This document shows positions 30,059 through 39,573 of a stretch of 64,000 nucleotides of DNA, piece by piece. Source of the stretch: a virus; IMG/VR virus record IMGVR_UViG_3300044984_003188; one strand, given 5' to 3'. The position numbers and the translations under genes are program-made. A model generated the notes under the pieces. The model did no database searches and was not told the DNA's origin. It worked only from the letters and a program-made list of their open reading frames with translations. Positions within the stretch are counted from its first letter, which is position 1; each line of letters starts with the position of its first letter.

Positions 30059-30709
30059 ATGAAGCTAAGTGCCCGTACTCTACATCTACTAAAGAACTTC
30101 AGCACAATCAATCCTTCCATTGTGCTGAAGCCGGGAGGGATTGCAACAACAATCTCTCCTAACAAGACTATTCTAGCCCGTGCATCCATTGGTGACGAAA
30201 TTCCAAATGTTGTAGCAATTTATAATCTCAGTAGGTTTATTTCTACACTATCATTATTTGAAAATCCTGATTTGGATTTTAGTGATAAGTCCGTCCGAAT
30301 TTCCGATGGAAATCGTAGTGTTGTGTATCATTATGCTGATGCATCTATTATTATGGTGCCACCTGAAAAGCAAATTAAGCTTCCATCAACAGATGCTGAA
30401 TGCTTTATTACCAATAAGGACTTTCAGAATATCACAAAAGCACTTAGTGTTCTAGGTCTACCAGAAATTGCCATTGTTGGCGATGGTGAAAATATTTCAC
30501 TGCAAGCAATTGATACCAAGAATCCAGCGGATACATTCAGTATTATTGTTGGTCAATCTTCAAATGTTTTTCGTGCCATTTTCAAGTCCGAAAATCTCAA
30601 AATTATGGATGGTGATTACACCGTATCTATTTCCTCTAAAGGTATTTCTCAGTTTGTTGGTACTGAGGTGTCTTATTGGATTGCGGTTGAGGCTACTTCT
30701 ACTTTTTAA
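30059..30709 (+). CDS. gp45: Sliding clamp gp45
   Basis: MKLS..T..LLKNFSTINPSI and YWIAVE motifs. Confidence 0.93.
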   Translation: MKLSARTLHLLKNFSTINPSIVLKPGGIATTISPNKTILARASIGDEIPNVVAIYNLSRFISTLSLFENPDLDFSDKSVRISDGNRSVVYHYADASIIMVPPEKQIKLPSTDAECFITNKDFQNITKALSVLGLPEIAIVGDGENISLQAIDTKNPADTFSIIVGQSSNVFRAIFKSENLKIMDGDYTVSISSKGISQFVGTEVSYWIAVEATSTF

Positions 30710-30762
30710 TTGAATTGTGTGCCTAATCTTATGGATTAGGCACTTTATTATGGAGATTGTGA

Positions 30763-31701
30763 ATGCTTGAACATATTCAGTGGGTTGAAAAGTATCGTCC
30801 AAAGAAGGTAGCAGATACCATTCTTCCGTGCGAGCTTAAGTCAATCTTTCAGGGATTTGTAAATGCTGGTAATATTAATAACATGACTCTAGCAGGCGGT
30901 GCAGGTGTTGGTAAAACAACTATTGCACGTGCCATGCTAGAGGAACTTGGTTGTGATTATATTGTTATCAACGGTTCAATGAACGGTAATATTGATACAC
31001 TACGAAATGAAATTCTACAATTTGCTTCATCTGTTTCACTTATGGGTGGCAGAAAGTATGTCATTCTAGATGAGGCTGATTATCTTAACCCAAACTCTAC
31101 ACAGCCAGCTCTTCGTAACTTTATGGAAGAGTTTTCTAAGAACTGTGGTTTTATTCTTACCTGCAATTATAAAGATCGAATTATTAAACCACTACATTCT
31201 CGAGCACCAATTATTGAGTTTCGTATTCCAAAGAAAGAAATGCCAAAACTTGCTACACAATTTATGAAGCGAGTGGAGATGATTCTTACTACTGAGAATG
31301 TAAACTATGATAAACAGGCAGTTGTGGAAGTCATCCAAAAATTCTTCCCTGATTGGCGCCGAATCCTAAATGAACTCCAGACATACTCAATTAATGGTAA
31401 AATTGACTCTGGTATTTTTAGTTCTTTCACCACTTCCACAGTGAAGGAAGTGATTGGTCATTGCAAGACTAAAAACCTAGAAGGCATCCGTAAGTGGATT
31501 CATGATAATTCGGATTCTGATTCAACATCAATCTTTAGGGCTGTTTATGACAACTCTTGTGAACTATTCACAAAACGTTCTATTCCAGCTTTAATTTTAA
31601 AGATTGCTGATTATCAGTACAAGGCGGCATTTGTTGCCGATTCCGAGATCAATCTCATGGCTTTCTTTGTTGAAATTTGCATGGAGTGTGAATTTGTATG
31701 A
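30763..31701 (+). CDS. gp44: Clamp loader large subunit gp44
   Basis: WVEKYRP, GVGKTT, ILDEADYL, QPALRNFMEEFS motifs. Confidence 0.95.
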   Translation: MLEHIQWVEKYRPKKVADTILPCELKSIFQGFVNAGNINNMTLAGGAGVGKTTIARAMLEELGCDYIVINGSMNGNIDTLRNEILQFASSVSLMGGRKYVILDEADYLNPNSTQPALRNFMEEFSKNCGFILTCNYKDRIIKPLHSRAPIIEFRIPKKEMPKLATQFMKRVEMILTTENVNYDKQAVVEVIQKFFPDWRRILNELQTYSINGKIDSGIFSSFTTSTVKEVIGHCKTKNLEGIRKWIHDNSDSDSTSIFRAVYDNSCELFTKRSIPALILKIADYQYKAAFVADSEINLMAFFVEICMECEFV

Positions 31702-32171
31702 GCCAAACATCAACCCTATTTGGGATTGTAGAGCATAGGGAAGAGCCAACTGAAAAATCCACCCTTAATGTGTGGACTTTCATTGGTGATATCTCAAAGG
31801 ATAAACAATATCTTTTAGATGATAATACAGCACGTCTATATGAGCCATGGATTGTAAATAAATCTTTTATGGCGCATCCAGATACACTGGTGTTTGCAGA
31901 ACAAGCAAATAGAATGCATCATTTAGATAAAAAGTTGCAACATGACTTCATGTTTTATTCCGTTGAAGCACGAGCCAAAAGGTATAAACCATGGCTCAAA
32001 AAGACTGAAGCTGAAAAGAAGGAGCTAAAACTCCTTCAGGATATTTCAAAAGTTGTCAGTCTCAATCTACAAAGAACCAAGCAATTTTGGAAAGTTCTTA
32101 ATCAGGATCAGCGGAAAGAGTTTGTGAGTAAATTTATTACTCCGGATTCTAAAAATGATAAAAGATTATAA
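31698..32171 (+). CDS. gp62: Clamp loader small subunit gp62
   Basis: Y.PWIVN...N..H.LDKKLQ.DF pattern; lies between gp44 and regA. Confidence 0.8.
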   Translation: MSQTSTLFGIVEHREEPTEKSTLNVWTFIGDISKDKQYLLDDNTARLYEPWIVNKSFMAHPDTLVFAEQANRMHHLDKKLQHDFMFYSVEARAKRYKPWLKKTEAEKKELKLLQDISKVVSLNLQRTKQFWKVLNQDQRKEFVSKFITPDSKNDKRL

Positions 32172-32203
32172 AAAAATAAATATATAGTCTTTTATTGTGA
32201 GGA

Positions 32204-32605
32204 ATGACTATGACTATTTTAAATACATTTTTGGAAATAAAGCTAGCTGAAAACGAAGATTTCTTAAAGGTAAAAGAAACTCTGACTCGTATGGGTGTGG
32301 CTTCAAAGAGAGATAAGATTCTTTATCAATCTTGCCACATATTACACAAACAAGGGCGCTATTATATAGTGCACTTCAAAGAACTTTTTGCACTTGATGG
32401 TAAACCAACAGATTTTACTCATGAGGATTGCTCTAGAAGAAATACCATAGCTAGACTTTTGGAAGATTGGAATCTAATAAAAATTATAAACAAAGATATA
32501 ATTGAAGATATGATTCCATTAAGTCAAGTTAAAATCATCTCATTTAAAGAAAAAGAAATGTGGACGTTAACTAGCAAATATAGCGTTGGTAAAAAGAAAT
32601 TTTAA
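32204..32605 (+). CDS. regA: Translational repressor RegA
   Basis: DFLKVKETLTRMGVAS..LYQSCHILHKQGRYYIVHFKELF motif. Confidence 0.96.
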   Translation: MTMTILNTFLEIKLAENEDFLKVKETLTRMGVASKRDKILYQSCHILHKQGRYYIVHFKELFALDGKPTDFTHEDCSRRNTIARLLEDWNLIKIINKDIIEDMIPLSQVKIISFKEKEMWTLTSKYSVGKKKF

Positions 32606-32620
32606 TGGAAGCAATATATC

Positions 32621-32956
32621 ATGTTTTCTTGGTTTAAAAAGAAGCCCAAACAATTTGAGAGGAAAGAACTTGAGCTTATTGCCCAAATTCTTTTCCCCTC
32701 ACTTGAGACTAGAATTGATAAAGATGGAAATGTCTATCAGATAGATAAGTCAGTAGACACTAATTTGGAATCAATTTTATACGAACTTCAAGATGGCAAT
32801 AATGATCGAGTATCGCATGACTCTTTAAATAGCGTCATAGGGCGACTTATTGAAGTACGTAAGATACTAGATGTCTATCCAGAATTGGATAAAAAAACTA
32901 AGTACATTATCGTTGATGATGACGTAAAAAGAAATATAGCTGACTCTATAGAGTAG
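32621..32956 (+). CDS. Hypothetical protein
   Basis: 111 aa ORF following regA. Confidence 0.55.
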   Translation: MFSWFKKKPKQFERKELELIAQILFPSLETRIDKDGNVYQIDKSVDTNLESILYELQDGNNDRVSHDSLNSVIGRLIEVRKILDVYPELDKKTKYIIVDDDVKRNIADSIE

Positions 32957-33341
32957 CATATCCATCATCAGTTGAATAGACTACATTCTTGATGTTAAAA
33001 CTAACAATGGCTCGCATACATCCTACACAGGGTTTTGCGAGCCCATTTGTTTCAACTCCATTTACCTTCTTGCTCCGATAGATGTAGAGAGTGCTGCGCT
33101 GCAAATCCTCAACACTAGTGCACTTGAGTGCATTCTTGATAGCATCAATTTCTGCATGAAGAAAAATACATTCCTCATTCTTACCAAACTTGGCTTGAAA
33201 TGGGTGACTCTTTCGCTTATTAAAACCAAATGAAAGAATGTTGTTCTTAAGAACAACACACGAAGAAATCCTGGCGCCTGCTACCTTCTCAAGGGAAGTA
33301 GAAAGCTTAGCCAGGATACTCATATAATGATCATGCTTCAT
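32946..33341 (-). CDS. Zinc-dependent cytidine/deoxycytidylate deaminase-family protein
   Basis: HAEIDA and KPCVGC motifs. Confidence 0.8.
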   Translation of the reverse strand: MKHDHYMSILAKLSTSLEKVAGARISSCVVLKNNILSFGFNKRKSHPFQAKFGKNEECIFLHAEIDAIKNALKCTSVEDLQRSTLYIYRSKKVNGVETNGLAKPCVGCMRAIVSFNIKNVVYSTDDGYATL

Positions 33342-33347
33342 TTTATT

Positions 33348-33584
33348 TTAGTCCAAATATTCCATAGAACTAATGCGTGTTGGCCAACAACCATCATTAT
33401 TTACCCAACCCCAGTGATTATCGGCTGGATTAGATTCATTCATACCATATTCATATCGTTGTTGCACAGTTAGTGCATCTTCTAAAGTGTATACTTCCAT
33501 AATTTTAAGCCATCCATACCCATGGCAAGTTTTACCCCAACTTTCTATACTATAGTACATTTTACTTACCCGAAATGCGTTCAT
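33348..33584 (-). CDS. Hypothetical protein
   Basis: ORF in the leftward early operon; start uncertain. Confidence 0.45.
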   Translation of the reverse strand: MNAFRVSKMYYSIESWGKTCHGYGWLKIMEVYTLEDALTVQQRYEYGMNESNPADNHWGWVNNDGCWPTRISSMEYLD

Positions 33585-33717
33585 TTGTAGCTGAACAAAT
33601 CGTGATTCCGACGTTGCCAGTCATTATGTACATACTTACAATTGAAAAAAAAGATACAATATATGAAAGCATTACAACTGTGACAATAGTACTAAAGAAA
33701 ATTTTAAGAAATGGCAT
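33562..33717 (-). CDS. Small membrane protein
   Basis: MPFLKIFF... hydrophobic helix. Confidence 0.45.
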   Translation of the reverse strand: MPFLKIFFSTIVTVVMLSYIVSFFSIVSMYIMTGNVGITICSATNERISGK

Positions 33718-33718
33718 T

Positions 33719-34090
33719 TTAATTCTCCAGTTCTGCAATCTCATTTTTGATGCGCTCGAGTTCAGCCTTAAGGTCCTTGACTTTCTTATGATTATTCTTG
33801 AGTTCATTTACACTATCAGCAGTAATCTTCTTAATCTTCTTGGAAGAATAAGCCTCAATATTTCCACCAGAGCCCCAATTATACCATCCGGGGAGTAGAA
33901 CTACATAATTAATCACATCTTCGAGCTTACCCTCAAAGATACCAAGCTCCGGTAGGTTATGAGAACCACCCATATCACAGTTAGGATCTTCACCACGGGC
34001 TTTCCAAAACCCATAATCTGATAGACTATGCTTTTCAAGCAGTCGACTACCAGACCAACCGTTCATAAACTTCTTGACATGTTCGTTCAT
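33719..34090 (-). CDS. Hypothetical early protein
   Basis: RGEDPNCDMGG motif; SD AAGGGA; upstream in-frame ATG at 34108. Confidence 0.6.
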   Translation of the reverse strand: MNEHVKKFMNGWSGSRLLEKHSLSDYGFWKARGEDPNCDMGGSHNLPELGIFEGKLEDVINYVVLLPGWYNWGSGGNIEAYSSKKIKKITADSVNELKNNHKKVKDLKAELERIKNEIAELEN

Positions 34091-34122
34091 CGTGTGTCCC
34101 TTATTCATTGTATTAAGCTTTA

Positions 34123-34341
34123 TTACCGTTCACTATAGTGCTTGGTGGCACACTTTTGCGCCCAGTCAATATTTTCGGTAACAATTGTCTCAAGTGCAAT
34201 CCGCTGCTTTTTGCTGAGCTTGATATCCTGGTTATGCATCAAATCATTAATCATCGACTGCATCCAACCTAGAGCGTAGTCGGAGCCGACGTCGCCACGG
34301 AGGATATCGGAAAGCTTTTCAAGCTGCGGAAGAATTGTCAT
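34123..34341 (-). CDS. Hypothetical early protein
   Basis: Own promoter cassette (34394-34366) and SD. Confidence 0.6.
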   Translation of the reverse strand: MTILPQLEKLSDILRGDVGSDYALGWMQSMINDLMHNQDIKLSKKQRIALETIVTENIDWAQKCATKHYSER

Positions 34342-34390
34342 GTTCATTCCCTTGTTCATAGTCATCTTATAATCCAATCTGGGATTAAAG

Positions 34391-34594
34391 TCAACCCACA
34401 ATCGCAACGCCACGAAAGTGAAGTCCAGCCTGAACGGCACGCTCACCTACCGCAACCGGGATGAACCGACCTTCGGAAGAGACCGCCACAAAGCACTGGA
34501 TGCCGTGGCTAGTGATTTCCTTCTGCAGCTTACGCTGAGCAGCGGCATAGGTGGCGTAGCCCTTGATGCCCTCGAAGGTGTTCAGATTGGTCAT
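34391..34594 (-). CDS. Hypothetical early protein
   Basis: Own promoter (34647-34619); its stop TGA overlaps the next -35 box. Confidence 0.6.
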   Translation of the reverse strand: MTNLNTFEGIKGYATYAAAQRKLQKEITSHGIQCFVAVSSEGRFIPVAVGERAVQAGLHFRGVAIVG

Positions 34595-34605
34595 ATCTGC
34601 CTCAT

Positions 34606-35066
34606 TCATCATAGTCTCTTTATATCCCTACCCACTTTAAAAGTCAATCCCAACAAAATCAATGTGTTAGACTTAAGTGGTTGATATGATTACCAAAAAT
34701 TTTTCAACTTTTTTTGAAAAAAATCAGACCTAATCTTTTCAATAGGTTAGGTAAGAATACGTCTAAGATCGTGCTAAGTGGGCTAGGTGGATAATCCATA
34801 TGACTGAGGCGGCTTAGACTGCCGAGAAACGTCTTGAGCGCCTAACCCATTGATATGATTGGGTTTTGGTAAAGTGCTAACCTATTGAAAAGATTAGGTT
34901 TTACCGTCTAGCGGCGCCCACGGCATCAACGGCACGAAAAAATCTCAACTTTTTTGAAAAATTATTTTTGAATCTTTTCAATGGGTTAGGTCCAATCCGA
35001 TGCTAACCCATTGATATCCTTGCCATTGACTTTTAAATCAGGTGGTGGTATAAAGAGACTATGATG
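34606..35066. repeat. Non-coding hub A: seven CTAACCCATTGA-type boxes with A/T tracts between divergent early promoters
   Basis: Boxes at about 34659, 34673, 34739, 34842, 34877, 34978 and 35003; inverted homologue of 51812-52285. Confidence 0.85.
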
Positions 35067-35084
35067 AATGAGGGTCACACGATG
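35026..35084 (+). promoter_or_regulatory. Early promoter plus ATG-leader cassette
   Basis: TTGACT-17-TATAAA-GAGACT-ATG, followed by SD and an in-frame ATG. Confidence 0.8.
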
Positions 35085-35267
35085 AACGTCTACCAGGTTG
35101 AACTGGCTATCTCTTTAAAGGATCGTTGGGCCATTCTGCTGATGGAGGTAAACGCCACCACTGAGAATGAGGCTATGGATTTTGCGGTAGCCCAAGCCGA
35201 GGAATCCGAACTGGTTGTGTCGGTCAACGGTTGCACTTATCTTTATCCTTGTGAAACCCTAAACTAA
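35082..35267 (+). CDS. Hypothetical early protein
   Basis: SD GAGG; GC-richer codons. Confidence 0.55.
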   Translation: MNVYQVELAISLKDRWAILLMEVNATTENEAMDFAVAQAEESELVVSVNGCTYLYPCETLN

Positions 35268-35429
35268 GGGTTGACTTTTTTCCCTGAGCGTGTATAATGG
35301 TTAGTGACCAAATAAGGATGGTATAGGTAATGACTCGCCAAGGTGATGCTAATGCCTGCTGGTTCCTGCTCCATATCCTGGTGGCAGGTGCCTTTGCCTT
35401 TACCATGGTTCTGATTGGAGGTATTTGAT

Positions 35430-35711
35430 ATGGCTAGCCGAAAGACTTTTCCAGTTGATGAATATAGGGTTAGGGTAAATTATACCCTAGCTACTAGCTA
35501 TATGCCTGCTAGCTATAGGCAAGGTTTGATTGACCTGCTCGAGCATATTCTACAATCATCTGGTAATTATAAGGGATTTAAGTATCTAGGTAAGGATGAA
35601 ATGGGTGAAATGATTAAGGATCATCCTCCTGGGATCAATACACCAATTGAAGATCTAAGTCATGAGGAGCGGTTCCAGGGTACTGATGACACCCGCCGTT
35701 ACTATTTTTAA
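35430..35711 (+). CDS. Hypothetical protein
   Basis: SD GGAGG; LE.IL..SGNYKGF.YL and DDTRRYYF motifs. Confidence 0.65.
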   Translation: MASRKTFPVDEYRVRVNYTLATSYMPASYRQGLIDLLEHILQSSGNYKGFKYLGKDEMGEMIKDHPPGINTPIEDLSHEERFQGTDDTRRYYF

Positions 35712-35712
35712 T

Positions 35713-36250
35713 ATGATTTGGGTTCAAGATAAGGTTTGGAATTTACCTCGGGTTGAGGTATATCGTAAAGTTTGGTATCAAGTATCTGATGAACTATCGG
35801 TTGCATTATCACTTGAACTACCACAGCAAATACCACATGTATTTTCCGATCAAATTGTTCATCAAATTCATGAGGATGAATTATGAATATTGTAAGATTT
35901 GAAGTTTGTCAGATGATTCGACATCAAGTTGAGTATTTAATCTGGGAACGGGTAAATTATATAGTCTGGGATCAAGTAATGGATCATTGTGTTGGCGATA
36001 AAATGATTGTGGAACCAGTTGATGATTTAATCTACCATCAACTCTGGGATCCAATTTAATGGAATCAGTCATAGAGAATGTTTTATTTGCACCTCTAGAC
36101 TTATCTATAGTTAAATCAAGAACTATCTTATCCAACGATCTTAGATATCAAATAAGAAAGTCAACTTTATATAAAGTTGAAAATTCTGCTCAAATTTTAA
36201 AATTTGATGGGAATTTAAATTTCATGGTTGACACATTAAGCCAACCATGA
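35713..36250 (+). CDS. Three tandem small ORFs (35713-35886, 35883-36059, 36059-36250); the first two are V/W/Q-periodic
   Basis: Overlapping stop/start junctions; repeated V..QV / VWDQV patterns. Confidence 0.5.
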
Positions 36251-36283
36251 TATATTGATCATAACAACAAGGAAGACACTTAA

Positions 36284-36463
36284 ATGCGGTATATTCATTT
36301 TCAAATTCAGGATGGTTGGTCTTGGCGCACTGTAGGGTCTTCCGAGGAAGGCACACTGGATTCGGCAATTCTGATTGAAATGCGGAACGTCAAGATGCGC
36401 TTTCCAGACCGTCGAATTCGTTGTGTGAATGATGATGGGCGTATTCTTGATATGATGGACTAA
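36284..36463 (+). CDS. Hypothetical protein (59 aa)
   Basis: SD AAGGAAG; MRYIHFQIQDG...RIRCVNDDGRILDMMD. Confidence 0.55.
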   Translation: MRYIHFQIQDGWSWRTVGSSEEGTLDSAILIEMRNVKMRFPDRRIRCVNDDGRILDMMD

Positions 36464-36611
36464 ATCATTCAAGCATATGCTTGGTTTTAGATATTCTTTC
36501 AACTAAGATTACAACTCTTACGGTTTCGGATTATAGATTAGAACTTACTGCTCTAAAAATTGACCAAAAGTTTTGGTTGACAGAGTTTCGGATATAGGAT
36601 ATACTAACTTT

Positions 36612-36667
36612 AAGGATTCCACTACCGACCGTGACCTTCACGAGTTATATGCGGATATGTGGACCTT
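36612..36667 (+). ncRNA. Candidate small structured RNA
   Basis: Starts about 6 nt after TTGACA-17-TATACT (36577-36605); nested stems AAGG/CCTT, TCCAC/GTGGA, CGTGA/TCACG; no ORF. Confidence 0.45.
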
Positions 36668-36757
36668 GCATTATCAATATCAAAAATGACCAAAAAAATG
36701 GTTGCAACCATTTTTTTTGGTATAATATGACTAAATAATGATGAGGGATGTATAAAT

Positions 36758-36964
36758 ATGAACACCGAGTCTAAAACTGATAAGCTCTATCGCTCTATTA
36801 TTCTGAAGCGCCAGCGACTTACTTCTCGCCAAATTGCTTCTCGATATCGTGTTTCTAATCCTTACGATCTTATCTATCGACTTCGTAATGAAGGGCATGA
36901 TATCTATAGCGATAAGATTGTAAACAGTCGTGGTAAGACTGTAGTTCGATATACTAGCTACTAA
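36758..36964 (+). CDS. Small helix-turn-helix protein
   Basis: LTSRQIASRY.V.NP...IYRLRNEGHDIY pattern. Confidence 0.65.
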   Translation: MNTESKTDKLYRSIILKRQRLTSRQIASRYRVSNPYDLIYRLRNEGHDIYSDKIVNSRGKTVVRYTSY

Positions 36965-37033
36965 TTGACCTATCGGTTGGGAGCCAAAACTTCCAACCAC
37001 TTTGTTCTTTGACTTATAAATATGATAGAATAT

Positions 37034-37105
37034 GGACCGGTAATTCAGAGGTAGAATAGTGGACTCTTACTCCATATGCCGTCGGTTCGATCCCGACTCG
37101 GTCCT
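37034..37105 (+). tRNA. tRNA-Lys(CTT), CCA not encoded
   Basis: Cloverleaf; anticodon loop CTCTTAC; followed by CATAAGCAC. Confidence 0.85.
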
Positions 37106-37173
37106 CATAAGCACCTCCGTTGTATAAATAGCAATGTCAATAAGACTATTTCACAACGGAGGGTTAGCGCCAA
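37106..37173 (+). promoter_or_regulatory. Hairpin containing a late promoter and sequestering the endonuclease RBS (copy 1)
   Basis: CCTCCGTTGTATAAATAG pairs with CTATTTCACAACGGAGG; TATAAATA at 37123-37130. Confidence 0.8.
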
Positions 37174-38046
37174 ATGCACTATACTATTTATAAAATAACT
37201 AATAAGATTAATGGCAACTTTTATATAGGAAAACATAAAACCAAGAATCTAAATGATAAATATATGGGTTCTGGTAAACTTATACAAGCAGCCATAAAAA
37301 AACATGGTATTGAAAATTTTGAGAAAGAAATACTTGAGACTTTCAATACTGAAGAAGAAATGAATGAGGCCGAAAAAAGATATGTAGTTCTAGGTGAAGG
37401 TAGCTATAATCTTTGCCCTGGTGGACAAGGTGGTTGGGGTTATGTAAACACTAATAATCTTGGTGGTACCTTAGGATTAAAACACACTGAAGAATATAAA
37501 AACAATCATTCATTAATAACAAAAAGAATATATGAAAATAGGGATGAAGAAACTAAAAAAGATATTTCTAAGAAAATAGCTGCTGGTTTAAAAGCTGTAA
37601 ACTATGATCCAAGAAACTTTTTAGGTAAAAAACATACTCAAGAAGCAATACAAAAAATGTCCTTATCAAAGGAAGGACATGGACTTGGAGAAAAAAATAG
37701 TCAGTTTGGTACCATATGGATTTCTAATGGTATAGAAGAAAAAAAGATTAAAGCTTCTGATCAAATCCCAGAAGGATGGACTAAACAAAGATTACAATCA
37801 TTTAAAAATGATATATTAAAAGATATCAAGAAAAAAGAAAAAGAACAACAAAAAAATATTGCTCTTGAAACTAAAAAACAAGAACTACATAAACTTTATG
37901 AAATATATAAAGTTAAAGGTTTTGCAGGAGTTAGACAAGAAGACTATAAATATAGTCAACCATATTTAGTTATGAGTTTTGCAAAATATTTTCCTGATTT
38001 TACCCCACAAATGGGGAAGAAAAGAAAACAAAAATATTCCTCGTGA
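37174..38046 (+). CDS. Free-standing GIY-YIG (Seg-like) homing endonuclease
   Basis: YTIYKITNKIN..FYIGKH, YMGSG, YNL..GG motifs, NUMOD3-like GKKHT.E.IQKMS. Confidence 0.88.
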   Translation: MHYTIYKITNKINGNFYIGKHKTKNLNDKYMGSGKLIQAAIKKHGIENFEKEILETFNTEEEMNEAEKRYVVLGEGSYNLCPGGQGGWGYVNTNNLGGTLGLKHTEEYKNNHSLITKRIYENRDEETKKDISKKIAAGLKAVNYDPRNFLGKKHTQEAIQKMSLSKEGHGLGEKNSQFGTIWISNGIEEKKIKASDQIPEGWTKQRLQSFKNDILKDIKKKEKEQQKNIALETKKQELHKLYEIYKVKGFAGVRQEDYKYSQPYLVMSFAKYFPDFTPQMGKKRKQKYSS

Positions 38047-38114
38047 TCCGAGCAAGCGAACGGACCCGGCTGTTAACCGGAGTTTGCCAGGGGCGGTACC
38101 TGGACGAGGAGCCA
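38038..38114 (+). tRNA. tRNA-Asn(GTT), non-canonical D/T loops
   Basis: Acceptor TCCTCGT/ACGAGGA, loop CTGTTAA, T-loop GGCGGTA, G-CCA. Confidence 0.75.
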
Positions 38115-38122
38115 GTTTTATT

Positions 38123-38199
38123 GCTCCCTTAGCCCAACTGGTAGAGGCGTCTGACTTAAGATCAGATTAGTGCCAGTTCAAATCTGGCAGGGAGTACCA
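38123..38199 (+). tRNA. tRNA-Leu(TAA), short variable loop
   Basis: Loop CTTAAGA; CCA. Confidence 0.88.
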
Positions 38200-38203
38200 C
38201 TTT

Positions 38204-38288
38204 GGATCAGTAGCGTATATGTCAGGCAAGTGCTACAGCCGGGCTTTTAATCCGGTCGCAAGGGGAGCGTTACCTCACTGATCCTCCA
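38204..38288 (+). tRNA. tRNA-Lys(TTT), enlarged D-arm, non-canonical T-loop
   Basis: GGATCAG/CTGATCC, loop CTTTTAA, T-loop AGCGTTA, T-CCA. Confidence 0.7.
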
Positions 38289-38294
38289 CTTTAA

Positions 38295-38370
38295 TGTCCT
38301 GTAGCTCAATTGGGAGAGCATTTGCTTGATAAGCGAAAGGTAGTTGGATCGAAACCAACCAGGACAACCA
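38295..38370 (+). tRNA. tRNA-Ile(GAT)
   Basis: Loop TTGATAA; T-loop ATCGAAA; CCA. Confidence 0.85.
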
Positions 38371-38457
38371 TTCAGTTCTTGTTTCTCTTTCTATAGAGAA
38401 ATATAGAAGAGGCCTTCCAGTTGGGCTGATGAAATACACTGGATATATTCTAAGTTT

Positions 38458-38535
38458 GCGGTAGTCTTCTAATTGGACTAGGAACCCTGACTTTCAATCA
38501 GGCCAATGCGGGTTCGATTCCCGTCTACCGCACCA
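38458..38535 (+). tRNA. tRNA-Glu(TTC)
   Basis: Loop CTTTCAA; CCA. Confidence 0.88.
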
Positions 38536-38540
38536 AACTT

Positions 38541-38615
38541 GCTCTTAAAGCATAAGTGGCGATGCACGGGTTTTGTAATCCTGAGAACTTGGTTCGATTC
38601 CGAGTGAGAGCACCA
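38541..38615 (+). tRNA. tRNA-Thr(TGT)
   Basis: Loop TTTGTAA; CCA. Confidence 0.85.
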
Positions 38616-38675
38616 AATATCTATTGACTTTCCTTTAGTCTGTGATATAAAGATCATATAATGAGAGGTGATGAC

Positions 38676-39062
38676 ATGAGTACAATGAACCGAATTGGTA
38701 ATGCAGGCAATCGCTTCCAGGGCCAATTTAAACGGGTGCTATGTGTTTGCTCTGCAGGTCTTCTTAGGTCTCCAACCACAGCATTTGTTCTTTCACAAGA
38801 ACCTTATAACTTCAATACTCGTGCTGTTGGTATTTCTCGTGAATATGCTCTGATTCCGATTGATTCCGTTCATCTCCATTGGGCTGATGAAATTGTGACA
38901 ATGGAGAAAGCACATACTAAAGTTGTTGAAGAACTGATTAATACTTCTGGTCTAGGTTCAACTGGACCTAAAGTTATTCAGTTGAATATTCCCGACGATT
39001 TTGCATATCGTGATCCTCAGCTAATTGAACTTATCAAGAAGGCTTACGATTCACATAAATAA
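38676..39062 (+). CDS. Low-molecular-weight protein tyrosine phosphatase-like protein
   Basis: VLCVCSAGLLRSPT (CX5R), WADEI, IPDDF motifs. Confidence 0.8.
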   Translation: MSTMNRIGNAGNRFQGQFKRVLCVCSAGLLRSPTTAFVLSQEPYNFNTRAVGISREYALIPIDSVHLHWADEIVTMEKAHTKVVEELINTSGLGSTGPKVIQLNIPDDFAYRDPQLIELIKKAYDSHK

Positions 39063-39128
39063 AAGTTGTGGTATTAAGCGAAAATCAATTGACAGCTGAT
39101 TATATCCATGGTATACTATCTTAGTTAA

Positions 39129-39219
39129 GGGCGTGAGGGCTGGTGCTCACCAGGAGCTTATACCTCCTTAGGCAGCTGATTACTGTTGGGATAGGGTTCA
39201 ATTCCCTACGTGCCTACCA
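39129..39219 (+). tRNA. tRNA with TAT anticodon (Ile) and long variable arm
   Basis: AGGAG-CTTATAC-CTCCT; variable arm of about 23 nt; T-loop TTCAATT; A-CCA. Confidence 0.75.
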
Positions 39220-39306
39220 AAATTTTGATCTAGCTCAGATTAGGAATTACCTGGTTTGCGATGATGCTAGACGGATAGACCAATACGTGAGGTTTATCAA
39301 CAATTT

Positions 39307-39383
39307 GCTCCTGTTGACTAACTGGATAAGTTCACTGCCTTCTAAGCAGTTTTATGGGGGTTCGAATCCCTCCAGGAGTACCA
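39307..39383 (+). tRNA. tRNA-Arg(TCT)
   Basis: Loop CTTCTAA; CCA. Confidence 0.88.
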
Positions 39384-39402
39384 CTTTTAAAGGATCTATA
39401 CT

Positions 39403-39573
39403 ATGACAGGTAATGAAGATAACCAGCTTGCCGGATTAATTCTATTTGTAATTGGCATGTTTCTTTGTGGTTGTGCTGTAGGTGTATTTTTTGGTAAAGG
39501 ATTTGGATTCTTATTTGTAGGACTTCCATTACTTGCCATCGGCATTTACGGTATACTTACAGGCCCAAAGTAA
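39403..39573 (+). CDS. Small two-helix membrane protein
   Basis: SD AAGGA; 56 aa, hydrophobic. Confidence 0.55.
   Translation: MTGNEDNQLAGLILFVIGMFLCGCAVGVFFGKGFGFLFVGLPLLAIGIYGILTGPK

Noticed and set aside
37106-38046. Group I intron or IS200/IS605 element around the GIY-YIG genes
   Set aside because: No intron core or split exon is visible, there is no transposase, and the flanking tRNAs are uninterrupted.
38372-38452. Hammerhead ribozyme or fluoride riboswitch (contains CTGATGA)
   Set aside because: The required GAAA/UH arrangement and stems could not be built; only a small possible pseudoknot (TCCAGT/ACTGGA) is visible.
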